The position numbers and the translations under genes were made by a program. From contig JBGANV010000001.1 in NCBI GenBank assembly GCA_044222185.1, positions 1,283,155 through 1,347,154 on the forward strand: 64,000 bases of DNA. Reading direction: 5' to 3'. The notes below the pieces were generated by a model, which saw only the letters and a list, made by a program, of their open reading frames with translations, made no database searches and was not told the DNA's origin. This document shows positions 28,650 to 37,212 of the stretch, piece after piece. The DNA is from Planctomycetota bacterium. Lineage in GTDB: Bacteria > Planctomycetota > GCA-002687715 > CAIWVZ01. How positions within the stretch are numbered: position 1 is the stretch's first letter; each line of letters starts with the position of its first letter.

Positions 28650-30227
28650 TTGGAGAAGACCCTGCAGACATCGTGCGACGACGCGCCTGCGCGGGCATCC
28701 CGCGAGGCCTTCGCCCTCGGTCCGTCGCTGCGCCGGGCCTGGCTCGCGCTCCCGGCCGCGGCACTGGTTGCGCTCGCCGTCGGAGGCGCGATCAGGCAAG
28801 GCTGGACCGGTGACTTCTGGGAGCACGCGGCCGTCGTCCGGGCGTTTGCCGAGAACGCGAGTCACCCGTCGCATCCGTTGCTCGGCGGCCACGCTCCCCA
28901 CGCGTTCCAGACGCCCTACCACCTGGTGGTCGGGCTCTGCTGCCGTTGGACCGGCGCGGGGCCCGTGGCGACGCTCGGCTACGCGGCGATCGCGAACGCA
29001 CTGCTCCTCGTCTACGCATCCTGGTCGTTCGTCAAACGCACGATGCCGTGGTGGTCGAGCCTGGCGCCGAGGCACGCCGCGAGCGTCTGGTCCCTGTTCC
29101 TGGCGGCGACGCTTCTCGCCTGGGCTCCGTCCGCGTGGCGCTACAGCGGCTTCTTCCACGCGTCGAATGCAGCGGCGGTCCTCTCCTACCCGTCGGCATT
29201 CGCCACGTCGCTCACGTTCCTGTTGCTGTCAGGCATTCCCGGGATCTGCCGCCAGCCCAGGCCGGTCCAGATGTGTCTTTGGCTTCTCGGCGCGGCGACA
29301 CTCGTCCTGACTCACCCGATCACCGCCGTTGGATTCGCCGCAGGCGCCGTGGGCCTCGTCGTCGGTGCGCCTGCCCCGATTCCACTGCTGCGACGCGCCC
29401 TCCCCCTCGGGCTGCTCGCTCTCTGCGTCCCGCTCTGTTTCCTGTGGCCCTACTTCCCCTTCCTGGATCTCCTCCGCACGGGGACGGCCGCCTTCCACAC
29501 GGAGAACCGGGACCTCTACGTCGAACCGCTCGCTCGACTCGGCCCCGCGCTCGTGGGGATCCTGCCGCTCGCCCTGGCCGTCCGGCGTCAGGGCCTCACT
29601 CACGCGGGCCTGGTTGCGCTCGCGCTGCTCCTCGCGCTCTACGTTCTCGCGTGGGCCACGGAGCGATGGGCCTACGGACGGGTGATCGCGGCCATGGCCA
29701 ACGTCAGCCATCTGGCGATCGCTGCGGGGCTGGTCGGAGCCATGGCTCGACTCGGAGAGCGTCGGCCCGGGCTGCAACGCGCAGCGGCCTTGCTGCTCGC
29801 GGCCGCGGCCATGCTGCAATGCTGGGGCCACCGATTCGCGATGCAGACGTTCACCCTCCAGGCGCCACCGGTCATCGAGCGCCTCGCGAAGCTCAAGGAC
29901 CACGTCGGTCACGACGACGTGATCCTCGCCGACCTGGACCTCTCGCGATTGATCCCAGCGATCACGGGGCACGTCGTCGCCACGCCGAACCCGTTGGCCT
30001 TCGTCACGGACGAGGCGGATCGGCGCCAGGAGATCCGGACGTTCTTCGCCAAATCGACGCCGCCCGCCGCGCGCGCCGAGATCGTGCGACGCCGGTCGCC
30101 CGCCTGGATCCTCCTCGATCGCCGTGCGGCAGCCCCGACGAACGCGATCATCCGGCAGTTCTCCGGCTCGAAGCCGCCGATCGCGATCACCGAGAATCTC
30201 GTACTCGTGTCCGTCGGCACCACGTAG
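28650..30227 (+). CDS. Hypothetical polytopic integral membrane protein (possibly GT-C-like); TTG start uncertain
   Basis: About 12 hydrophobic helices throughout; no confident family match from sequence reading. Confidence 0.45.
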   Translation: MEKTLQTSCDDAPARASREAFALGPSLRRAWLALPAAALVALAVGGAIRQGWTGDFWEHAAVVRAFAENASHPSHPLLGGHAPHAFQTPYHLVVGLCCRWTGAGPVATLGYAAIANALLLVYASWSFVKRTMPWWSSLAPRHAASVWSLFLAATLLAWAPSAWRYSGFFHASNAAAVLSYPSAFATSLTFLLLSGIPGICRQPRPVQMCLWLLGAATLVLTHPITAVGFAAGAVGLVVGAPAPIPLLRRALPLGLLALCVPLCFLWPYFPFLDLLRTGTAAFHTENRDLYVEPLARLGPALVGILPLALAVRRQGLTHAGLVALALLLALYVLAWATERWAYGRVIAAMANVSHLAIAAGLVGAMARLGERRPGLQRAAALLLAAAAMLQCWGHRFAMQTFTLQAPPVIERLAKLKDHVGHDDVILADLDLSRLIPAITGHVVATPNPLAFVTDEADRRQEIRTFFAKSTPPAARAEIVRRRSPAWILLDRRAAAPTNAIIRQFSGSKPPIAITENLVLVSVGTT

Positions 30228-30344
30228 ACGCGTCCCCCATCGATCCACCGAAGACCGGTCGACGTCGCGCGCCGTACATGTGACCATCGGGTCACCTATT
30301 TTCGAACCGCGCTCGGCGGAACCGACACACGAGGAGCACGAGCC

Positions 30345-30917
30345 ATGGCGAAGACGCGTTCCCAAAGCCGCACGAAGACGTTCCGAAAGCCGCGCAAGGC
30401 CAGGTCCACGCCGCAGCCCGAGTCCGGGTGCGCCCCCTCGGCGCTGGGTTCGATCGCCGGGAAGTCCGCGACGCTCTCGGCCAGTCGGATCGAGGTCGCC
30501 GTGGAAGCTCCCATCGAGCGCGTCTGGAAGGGGCTCGTGCAGGAAACGACGGTATGGTGGCGGAAGGACTTCTACACGTCCCCGACGACCAGAAGCTTCA
30601 CCATCGAACCCACGGTCGGCGGGCGCGCCTTCGAGGATTACGGGAACGGGGGCGGGGCCTTGTGGTTCACGGTGATCGCCATCGACCCGCCTCACCTCCT
30701 CGAGCTCGCCGGACACCTCTCCCCGCGCTTCGGCGGACCGCTGACGTCCGTGACGACCTTCGCGTTGCGCACCGAGGGGAAGCGAACGATCGTGGAGGTC
30801 AGTGATGCGGGCGTCGGCTGGGTGAAGTCCAACCGCGACGCCGCGATCACGGAGGGCTGGCGCCTCCTCGTCGAAGACGGGCTCAAGGCGTGGGTCGAGG
30901 ACGGCCACCGCGCGTGA
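30345..30917 (+). CDS. SRPBCC superfamily protein (AHSA1/Aha1-like domain) with basic N-terminal extension
   Basis: IEVAVEAPIERVWKGLV...WW...FEDYGNGGGALWFTVIAIDPP pattern typical of AHSA1/SRPBCC proteins. Confidence 0.65.
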   Translation: MAKTRSQSRTKTFRKPRKARSTPQPESGCAPSALGSIAGKSATLSASRIEVAVEAPIERVWKGLVQETTVWWRKDFYTSPTTRSFTIEPTVGGRAFEDYGNGGGALWFTVIAIDPPHLLELAGHLSPRFGGPLTSVTTFALRTEGKRTIVEVSDAGVGWVKSNRDAAITEGWRLLVEDGLKAWVEDGHRA

Positions 30918-31255
30918 CGCTCACGCCGCGACGCCGTGCGCCGGCCGACGATCGGATCTGGAAGGCCCTCGCCGATCCGACGCGTCGCCGGATCCTCGAC
31001 GCGCTGCGCGAGCGGCCCCGTACGACGGGTGAGCTCTCGAGCCTTCACCGACGGCTTTCGCGATTCGCCGTGATGAAGCACCTCCGAGTGCTCGAGCGCG
31101 CCGGTCTTGTTTCCGTCGAATGGATGGGACGCGAGCGGTGGAATCACCTGAACCCGCTGCCGATCCAGCAGATTCACGACCGTTGGGTGAGCCGCCACAT
31201 CGAGCCCCTCGCCGCGAACGTCGCCGCGCTGGCGCGCCACCTGCGGACGCGATGA
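30914..31255 (+). CDS. ArsR/SmtB family transcriptional regulator
   Basis: GTG start overlapping upstream stop (GTGA); DPTRRRILDALRERPRTTGELSSL...SRFAVMKHLRVLERAGLV winged HTH. Confidence 0.7.
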   Translation: MTLTPRRRAPADDRIWKALADPTRRRILDALRERPRTTGELSSLHRRLSRFAVMKHLRVLERAGLVSVEWMGRERWNHLNPLPIQQIHDRWVSRHIEPLAANVAALARHLRTR

Positions 31256-31273
31256 ACGCCTGACTCTGTTCGC

Positions 31274-32614
31274 CTATGGCTCCAAGCCACGCGCGCGGCA
31301 CGCCGCGAGCACGCGAACCTCGACGGCCTCCGCCGACAGCCCCGTCCGTCGTGCGATCGACGCCACGTCCTCGTATTCGGGTCGCACGCGGATCACGCGA
31401 CCGTCCCAACGACCGACCTTCACGCGGCAGGTCCCCAGGTCGCATTCGATCGACACGATCTCGCGATCGAGGACCGTGCGGTCGCTCTCCCGATGGCGGA
31501 ACCCGAACGTGGTGCTGTGGTGGAAGATCACGTCCCGAATCGCATCGGCGCGGTCCGGTGCGTGGAGGACCGTGACGCGGTGGCCGGGCCGGTTCTTCTT
31601 CATCTGCACGGCATGCATGGAGACGTCGAGCGCGCCTTCGGCCTCCAGGCGCTCGCGCAGGAATCCCAGGGCTTCGGATCGCATGTCGTCCACCTCGAAC
31701 TCGGCGACGCGGACGGTGGTCGGTGCACCAGCCGCGCGAGGAGCGCGATCGTCAGCCTCTCCGAGCGTCACGCGAAGGACGTTCGGCAACGCGTCCCAAT
31801 CCGAGCTGCCGGCGCCGAAGCCCGTCGCGAGCGCCCGGTGAAGCGGCGGCGCAACCCAATCGGTCACCAACGTCTTCAACAGCGCGGCGCCGGTGGGAGT
31901 CAGGAGCTCGGCCTCGATGGCACCCGGACGTGCCGGAATCCCCATCAGCAGATGGAGCGTCGCGGGCGCTGGCACGGGCACGATCCCATGTGCACAGCGC
32001 ACCGAGCCGAAGCCCGTCGTGACCGAACTGCAGAACACGCGCTCCACGCCGAGAAGCCAGAGCCCCATGACGGTCGAACAGATGTCGACGACGGCGTCGA
32101 CCGCGCCCACCTCGTGGAAGTGGACGGACTCGGGCGTCATGCCGTGGACGCGAGCCTCCGCCGCAGCGAGTGCGCGGAACACGTCGGACGCGCGGGCCTT
32201 GACGGGTTGCGGGAGGCCGGACCGATCGATGATCGACAGGATCTCCCCGGGCGTCCGTCCGTGCTCGTGGAGGTGGGGGTGGTGCGGCGCATGCGAGCTT
32301 GCGTCGTCGTGATGATGCTGATGCCCGTGATCGTGGTCGTGGTCGTGATGATGCCGATCGCCGTGCCGATGCCCGTGTGCGTCGGCGGTCAGATATCCCT
32401 CCTCGCCGCCTCCCAACGCGTCGAGGTGCACGTGCACCTTCGTGGCCGCGATGGCCCCTCGCCGCGTCTTCTCGTAGGACAGTCTCCAGCCCGGGAGCGG
32501 CAACGTGCGCAGCGCCTGTTCGACTTCCGCGACGGACACCCCCAGATCGGCGAGCGCCCCGAAGAACATGTCGCCGGAGGCGCCAGCGAAGGCTTCGACG
32601 AACAGGAATCTCAT
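31274..32614 (-). CDS. larC: LarC family nickel-pincer cofactor biosynthesis protein (nickel insertase, DUF111)
   Basis: MRFLFVEAFAGASGDM N-terminus, HFHEVGAVDAVVDI block, His-rich insert HGHRHGDRHHHDHDHDHGHQHHHDD typical of LarC. Confidence 0.8.
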   Translation of the reverse strand: MRFLFVEAFAGASGDMFFGALADLGVSVAEVEQALRTLPLPGWRLSYEKTRRGAIAATKVHVHLDALGGGEEGYLTADAHGHRHGDRHHHDHDHDHGHQHHHDDASSHAPHHPHLHEHGRTPGEILSIIDRSGLPQPVKARASDVFRALAAAEARVHGMTPESVHFHEVGAVDAVVDICSTVMGLWLLGVERVFCSSVTTGFGSVRCAHGIVPVPAPATLHLLMGIPARPGAIEAELLTPTGAALLKTLVTDWVAPPLHRALATGFGAGSSDWDALPNVLRVTLGEADDRAPRAAGAPTTVRVAEFEVDDMRSEALGFLRERLEAEGALDVSMHAVQMKKNRPGHRVTVLHAPDRADAIRDVIFHHSTTFGFRHRESDRTVLDREIVSIECDLGTCRVKVGRWDGRVIRVRPEYEDVASIARRTGLSAEAVEVRVLAACRARGLEP

Positions 32615-33408
32615 GAGCCAGTCCTCTTGCGCACGATGATGGCCGTGCCGATCGACGCTTCGAGTCGCTCGGCCGCATGGCCGTCGCGCACGCCGATCTC
32701 CAGATGACCCGTGCTGCCGACGTAGGCCAGCAGGGCTCCGGGTTCGGCGTCACTGTAGCTCCGCGAAAGCCCCACGATGAACGAACGACCCGTGTCCACC
32801 GTGACGGCCGTGGGCGCCGCGAAGGCCGACAGGCTCGCGTCGTCGATCGTCGTGACGAGATTGCCGAAGGGATCGATGTACACGACGCGTCCTTCGATGG
32901 CACTCTTCGAGACGCGACACTCCGCACCGTCGAGCTGCACGGGATCCGTCAGGACGACGCCCGCGTCGGCCGAACGAGCCCCCAGGGCCAATGCGGCAGC
33001 TGCAGGGGCAAAGCGCGACCGCCCTTCGAACGTCGCCGAGACCTCTGGCAGGAACCACGCGGGGTTGGCGAGCTCTCGGACGACGCATCGGGGCCAGCTC
33101 CGCAACAGCCCGGTGACGAGGCCGTTGTCGGGCGCGATCACAAAAGGCCCATCCGGATGCTCGACGAGGAGTCGCCGGCGCGCACTCCCGACGCCCGGAT
33201 CGACGACGCAGACGAAGATCGACTCCGGCGGGAAGTACGTGATCGCGCTTCGCAGCACGTAGCCGGCCTGCAGAATCCCCCCCGGCGTGATGTGGTGGTC
33301 CAGGTCCACGATGGTGGCACCGGGCGCGCGCGCCAGGATGACGCCCTTCATGACGCCTTGGAAGTAACCGTCCCCGAAGTCGGTGAGGAGCACGATCGGC
33401 GCTCGCAT
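32611..33408 (-). CDS. SAM hydroxide adenosyltransferase family protein (DUF62, fluorinase/chlorinase-like fold)
   Basis: LLTDFGDGYFQGVMKGVI, IVDLDHHI, VCVVDPGVGS motifs; stop overlaps larC start (ATGA). Confidence 0.75.
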   Translation of the reverse strand: MRAPIVLLTDFGDGYFQGVMKGVILARAPGATIVDLDHHITPGGILQAGYVLRSAITYFPPESIFVCVVDPGVGSARRRLLVEHPDGPFVIAPDNGLVTGLLRSWPRCVVRELANPAWFLPEVSATFEGRSRFAPAAAALALGARSADAGVVLTDPVQLDGAECRVSKSAIEGRVVYIDPFGNLVTTIDDASLSAFAAPTAVTVDTGRSFIVGLSRSYSDAEPGALLAYVGSTGHLEIGVRDGHAAERLEASIGTAIIVRKRTGS

Positions 33409-33471
33409 GGCCCGGGTTCTACCACAGGCCGAGGCTTGCCACGCGGCTCGCGGACGCCGATCATCGGCGCC

Positions 33472-36400
33472 ATGCGCCCATCGCTCCGGCTCGCTCTCGG
33501 CGTCTGTCTGACCGCATTCACCCTCGTTCCGATCGTGGCCCAGGAGTCGCGGCCGTCGGTCGCGACGCGCCCCGAGTCGTTCCCTGCCGCGCCCGACAAG
33601 GGGTGGGACGTTCGCACCTTCTACGCGCCGTCGAAGGACGTGAACTTCACGACGACCGAAGGCACGTGGATCGACGTCGACGTGTCGCCGGACGGCCGCA
33701 CGCTGGCGTTCGATCTCCTCGGGGACGTGTACACGCTGCCCATCGAAGGCGGCAAGGCGACCTGCATCCGCTCCGGACCTGCGTTCGACTGCCAGCCTCG
33801 CTACGCGCCCGATGGCAAATCGATCGTGTACACGTCGGACCAGGGCGGCGGCGACAACGTCTGGGTCATGGATCCCGACGGCGCCAACGCGCGACAGATC
33901 ACCAAGGAGTCGTACCGGCTCCTCAACTCACCGTGCGTCTCGCCGGACGGCCGATTCGTCGCCGCGCGGAAGCACTTCACGTCGCAGCGCTCGCTCGGCG
34001 CGGGAGAGGTGTGGCTCTACGCCCTCTCCGGCGGCGATGGCGTGCCTCTCACCACCAAGCGCAACGACCAGATGGACGCAGGAGAACCCGAGTTCTCACC
34101 GGACGGGCGCTTCCTCTACTACTCCGAGGACACGAGTCCCGGCGCATCCTTCGAGTACAACAAGGATCCCAACGCCGGCATCTACGCCATCAACCGGGTC
34201 GACCTGAAGACTGGCGAGAAGATCGTGGCCGTCGGCGGACCCGGCGGCGCGATCCGCCCCAAGATCTCGCCCGACGGGAAGTCGATCGCCTACGTGCATC
34301 GGAGCCGCGCGAAGACGGTCCTCATGCTCCACGACATCGCCAGCGGCGCGGACACGACGGTGTTCGAGGGGCTGAGCAAGGACCAGCAGGAGACCTGGGC
34401 GATCTTCGGAGTTCATCCGCATTTCGCGTGGATGCCGGACGGGGCGTCGCTCGTCGTGTCGGCGCAGGGCCACCTGTGGCGCATCGACGCGCGGACCGGC
34501 GCAGCGCGGATGATCCCCTTCGAGGCCGACGTCAAGCAGACGATCGCGGCGACCGTCCGCGTCCGGCCGGAGTTCGGCGGCGACACGTTCCGCGTCCACG
34601 AGGTGCGCTGGCCGTCCGTGAGCGAGAAGGGCATCCTGTGCCAGGCTCTCGGTGGGATCCGCTACCTGCCGAATGGCGCGACGAATCCCACTCCCGTCGC
34701 GGTTCGAACCGGCGGGGGTTTCTCGTTCATGCCGGCGTGGTCGCCCGACGCTTCGAGCTTCGCCTTCGTGTCGTGGGACGACCAGGAGGCCGGCGCCTTG
34801 TGGGTCACTGGCGCGCCGGCCGCCGACGGCACCACGGGCCCGCCCCGCAAGCTGACGTCGGAGCCTGGCCATTACGCCAACCCATCCTGGTCGAGCGACG
34901 GACGGTGGATCGTGTTCGAGAAGCTCGGCGGCGATGCCTATCGCGGCCGTCGATGGAGCAACAAGCCGGGGATCTACCGCGTTCCGGCGGACGGGTCGGC
35001 GCCCGCGGAGTTCGTGACCGACCGCGGCTCCCGTCCACGGTTCCACGACAAGGATCGTCGCCTGCTTCTGCAGGATCGTGAAGGAGAGGGCGCAGCCCTC
35101 GTGAGCACATCTCTCGAGGGACAAGACCGCCACACGCTCGCCACGTCCGCGCGCGCGACGGAGTTCGCATTGTCACCGGACGAGCGCATGCTCGCATTCA
35201 CGGAGTTGTGGCAGACGTACGTCTGCAGGCTGCCGGCCACGGGCCGAGCCGTCGGCGTTTCACCGGGCATGGGAAACCTGCCCTGCGTGAAGGTGAGCCG
35301 AGATGCGGGCGAGTTCCTCTCGTGGTCGAAGGACGGAACGAAGCTCTACCATCACCTGGGAAGCACGCTCAGCGAGACGGACGTGACGGCCTTGTTCCCC
35401 GACAGGAAACCGGAGAGCCCGCCGACGCAGCAGGTCTGGGAACGAAACCGCACGATCGAGCTGGGATTCGATGGGAAGGCCGACGTGCCGTCGAGCACGG
35501 TCGCGTTCGTCCACGCGAGGATCATCACGCTCGAGGGCGACCAGGTGATCGAGGACGGAACGGTCGTGATCCGCGGGAACCGGATCGAGGCCGTCGGGCC
35601 GTCGGCGTCGACCGCAGCGCCCGCTGGATCGCAGGTCATCGATGCGAAGGGCAAGACGATCGCACCGGGATTCGTCGACATTCACTCGCACATGTGGGCG
35701 AGCAGCGGTGGGCTCATGCCGCAGAGCTACTGGCCTTATCTCGCGAACCTCGCGTTCGGCGTGACGACGACCCACGACCCGAGCAACGACACGAAGTTCG
35801 TCTTCGCCATGTCGGAGCTGCAGAAGGCCGGGACGGTCCTCGGCCCGCGAATCTTCAGCACCGGCACGATCCTCTACGGCGCCGAGGGCAACTTCAAAGC
35901 CGTCGTCGACAGTTTGGAGGATGCGCGATCGCATTTGCGCCGCGTGAAGGCGCACGGTGCGTGGTCCGTAAAGTCCTACAACCAGCCCCGGCGTGAGCAA
36001 CGGCAGCAGATCCTGCAAGCGGCTCGCGAGCTTCAGATGAACGTCGTCCCCGAGGGCGGATCGACGCTCCCCTACAACCTCACGCACGTGATGGATGGTC
36101 ACACGACGGTCGAGCACGCGCTGCCCGTGGCACCGCTGCGCGAAGACGTCCTGCGCCTCTTCGCCGCGAGCGGCACGGGTTACACGCCCACGCTGATCGT
36201 CGGCTACGGCGGAATCTGGGGCGAGAACTACTGGTACCAGAAGACGAACGTGTGGGAGAACGAACACCTCCTGACGTTCGTCCCCCGCTCCGTCGTCGAC
36301 AGTCGCTCGCGTCGGCGCACCATGGCGCCTGACGACGAGTTCAACCACTTCGAGCTCGCGAAGTCGGCCGCCGAGCTTCACCGGCGCGGCGTTTCAGCGG

Positions 36401-36786
36401 CCATCGGGTCGCATGGTCAGCTCCAGGGCCTGGGCGCGCACTGGGAGATCATGATGTTCGGCCAGGGCGGGCTCCCACCGCTCGAATGCCTGCGCGTGGC
36501 GTCCATGGGCGGGGCACGCTCGCTCGGCATCGATCAGCTCGTCGGCTCGTTGAAGTCCGGCAAGCTCGCCGACCTCGCGGTGTTCGACAAGAACCCCCTC
36601 GACGACATCGCGAACATCGGATCGATCAGCGGCGTCATGGTGAACGGCCGCCTCTACGATGCCCGGACGCTCGACTCGATCGCGCCCGCGGCTGGCAAAC
36701 GCCGGCCCGGGCCCGCACTCACGACGCTCGGCGACGGAATCAGCGACTCGACGTCATGCTGCGGCGACCAGGATGTGGTGAGGTGA
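33472..36786 (+). CDS. Secreted two-module protein: N-terminal TolB/PD40-type beta-propellers fused to C-terminal amidohydrolase (metal-dependent hydrolase) domain
   Basis: Internal ATG (MRPSLRLALGVCLTAFTLVPIVAQ signal) of 1369-aa ORF; repeated SPDGR/SPDGK PD40 motifs; C-terminal DIHSHM and HTTVEHA amidohydrolase metal-binding motifs. Confidence 0.75.
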   Translation: MRPSLRLALGVCLTAFTLVPIVAQESRPSVATRPESFPAAPDKGWDVRTFYAPSKDVNFTTTEGTWIDVDVSPDGRTLAFDLLGDVYTLPIEGGKATCIRSGPAFDCQPRYAPDGKSIVYTSDQGGGDNVWVMDPDGANARQITKESYRLLNSPCVSPDGRFVAARKHFTSQRSLGAGEVWLYALSGGDGVPLTTKRNDQMDAGEPEFSPDGRFLYYSEDTSPGASFEYNKDPNAGIYAINRVDLKTGEKIVAVGGPGGAIRPKISPDGKSIAYVHRSRAKTVLMLHDIASGADTTVFEGLSKDQQETWAIFGVHPHFAWMPDGASLVVSAQGHLWRIDARTGAARMIPFEADVKQTIAATVRVRPEFGGDTFRVHEVRWPSVSEKGILCQALGGIRYLPNGATNPTPVAVRTGGGFSFMPAWSPDASSFAFVSWDDQEAGALWVTGAPAADGTTGPPRKLTSEPGHYANPSWSSDGRWIVFEKLGGDAYRGRRWSNKPGIYRVPADGSAPAEFVTDRGSRPRFHDKDRRLLLQDREGEGAALVSTSLEGQDRHTLATSARATEFALSPDERMLAFTELWQTYVCRLPATGRAVGVSPGMGNLPCVKVSRDAGEFLSWSKDGTKLYHHLGSTLSETDVTALFPDRKPESPPTQQVWERNRTIELGFDGKADVPSSTVAFVHARIITLEGDQVIEDGTVVIRGNRIEAVGPSASTAAPAGSQVIDAKGKTIAPGFVDIHSHMWASSGGLMPQSYWPYLANLAFGVTTTHDPSNDTKFVFAMSELQKAGTVLGPRIFSTGTILYGAEGNFKAVVDSLEDARSHLRRVKAHGAWSVKSYNQPRREQRQQILQAARELQMNVVPEGGSTLPYNLTHVMDGHTTVEHALPVAPLREDVLRLFAASGTGYTPTLIVGYGGIWGENYWYQKTNVWENEHLLTFVPRSVVDSRSRRRTMAPDDEFNHFELAKSAAELHRRGVSAAIGSHGQLQGLGAHWEIMMFGQGGLPPLECLRVASMGGARSLGIDQLVGSLKSGKLADLAVFDKNPLDDIANIGSISGVMVNGRLYDARTLDSIAPAAGKRRPGPALTTLGDGISDSTSCCGDQDVVR

Positions 36787-37212
36787 GCCGGTCGGGCCAA
36801 TGGGTTAGTCGCTCCAGCATCGACGCCGGCGGACTGAGGGCCGCGGAGCGACGGCACGCGCTGGACGAGGCCACTCGCGGCCACCTCGCCTGCCGGGGCT
36901 CGGGAGGCAGCTCGGGCTCCTGCTCAACCAACGTCGAAGGGACGTCCTCTCCGAAAGCACCCGACGCGCGTAGGATCGTGGCGATCTCCCCGCCTTCGTT
37001 GCCGCATGGGGCGTAGTCGAGCGGGCAGTCTCTCCAGCCGATTCCGCCGCATCGATGTGGTCGTCACTAACGTAGATTCCTGCGCTGCGACGGCTGGGGG
37101 CCCTCATAGGTCTGCGGAGTTCGGAAACAGCGCTATGCTTGCGGCCCGTTCCGCCGATTACCGTGAGTTCAATTTGCGTTCGTCGTGGTCGATTCTCAGC
37201 GGGAGCACTCCG

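Noticed and set aside
31274-32614. His/Asp-rich tract in larC as possible frameshift or simple-sequence artefact
   Set aside because: Frame is maintained through it and His-rich insertions are a known feature of LarC nickel insertases
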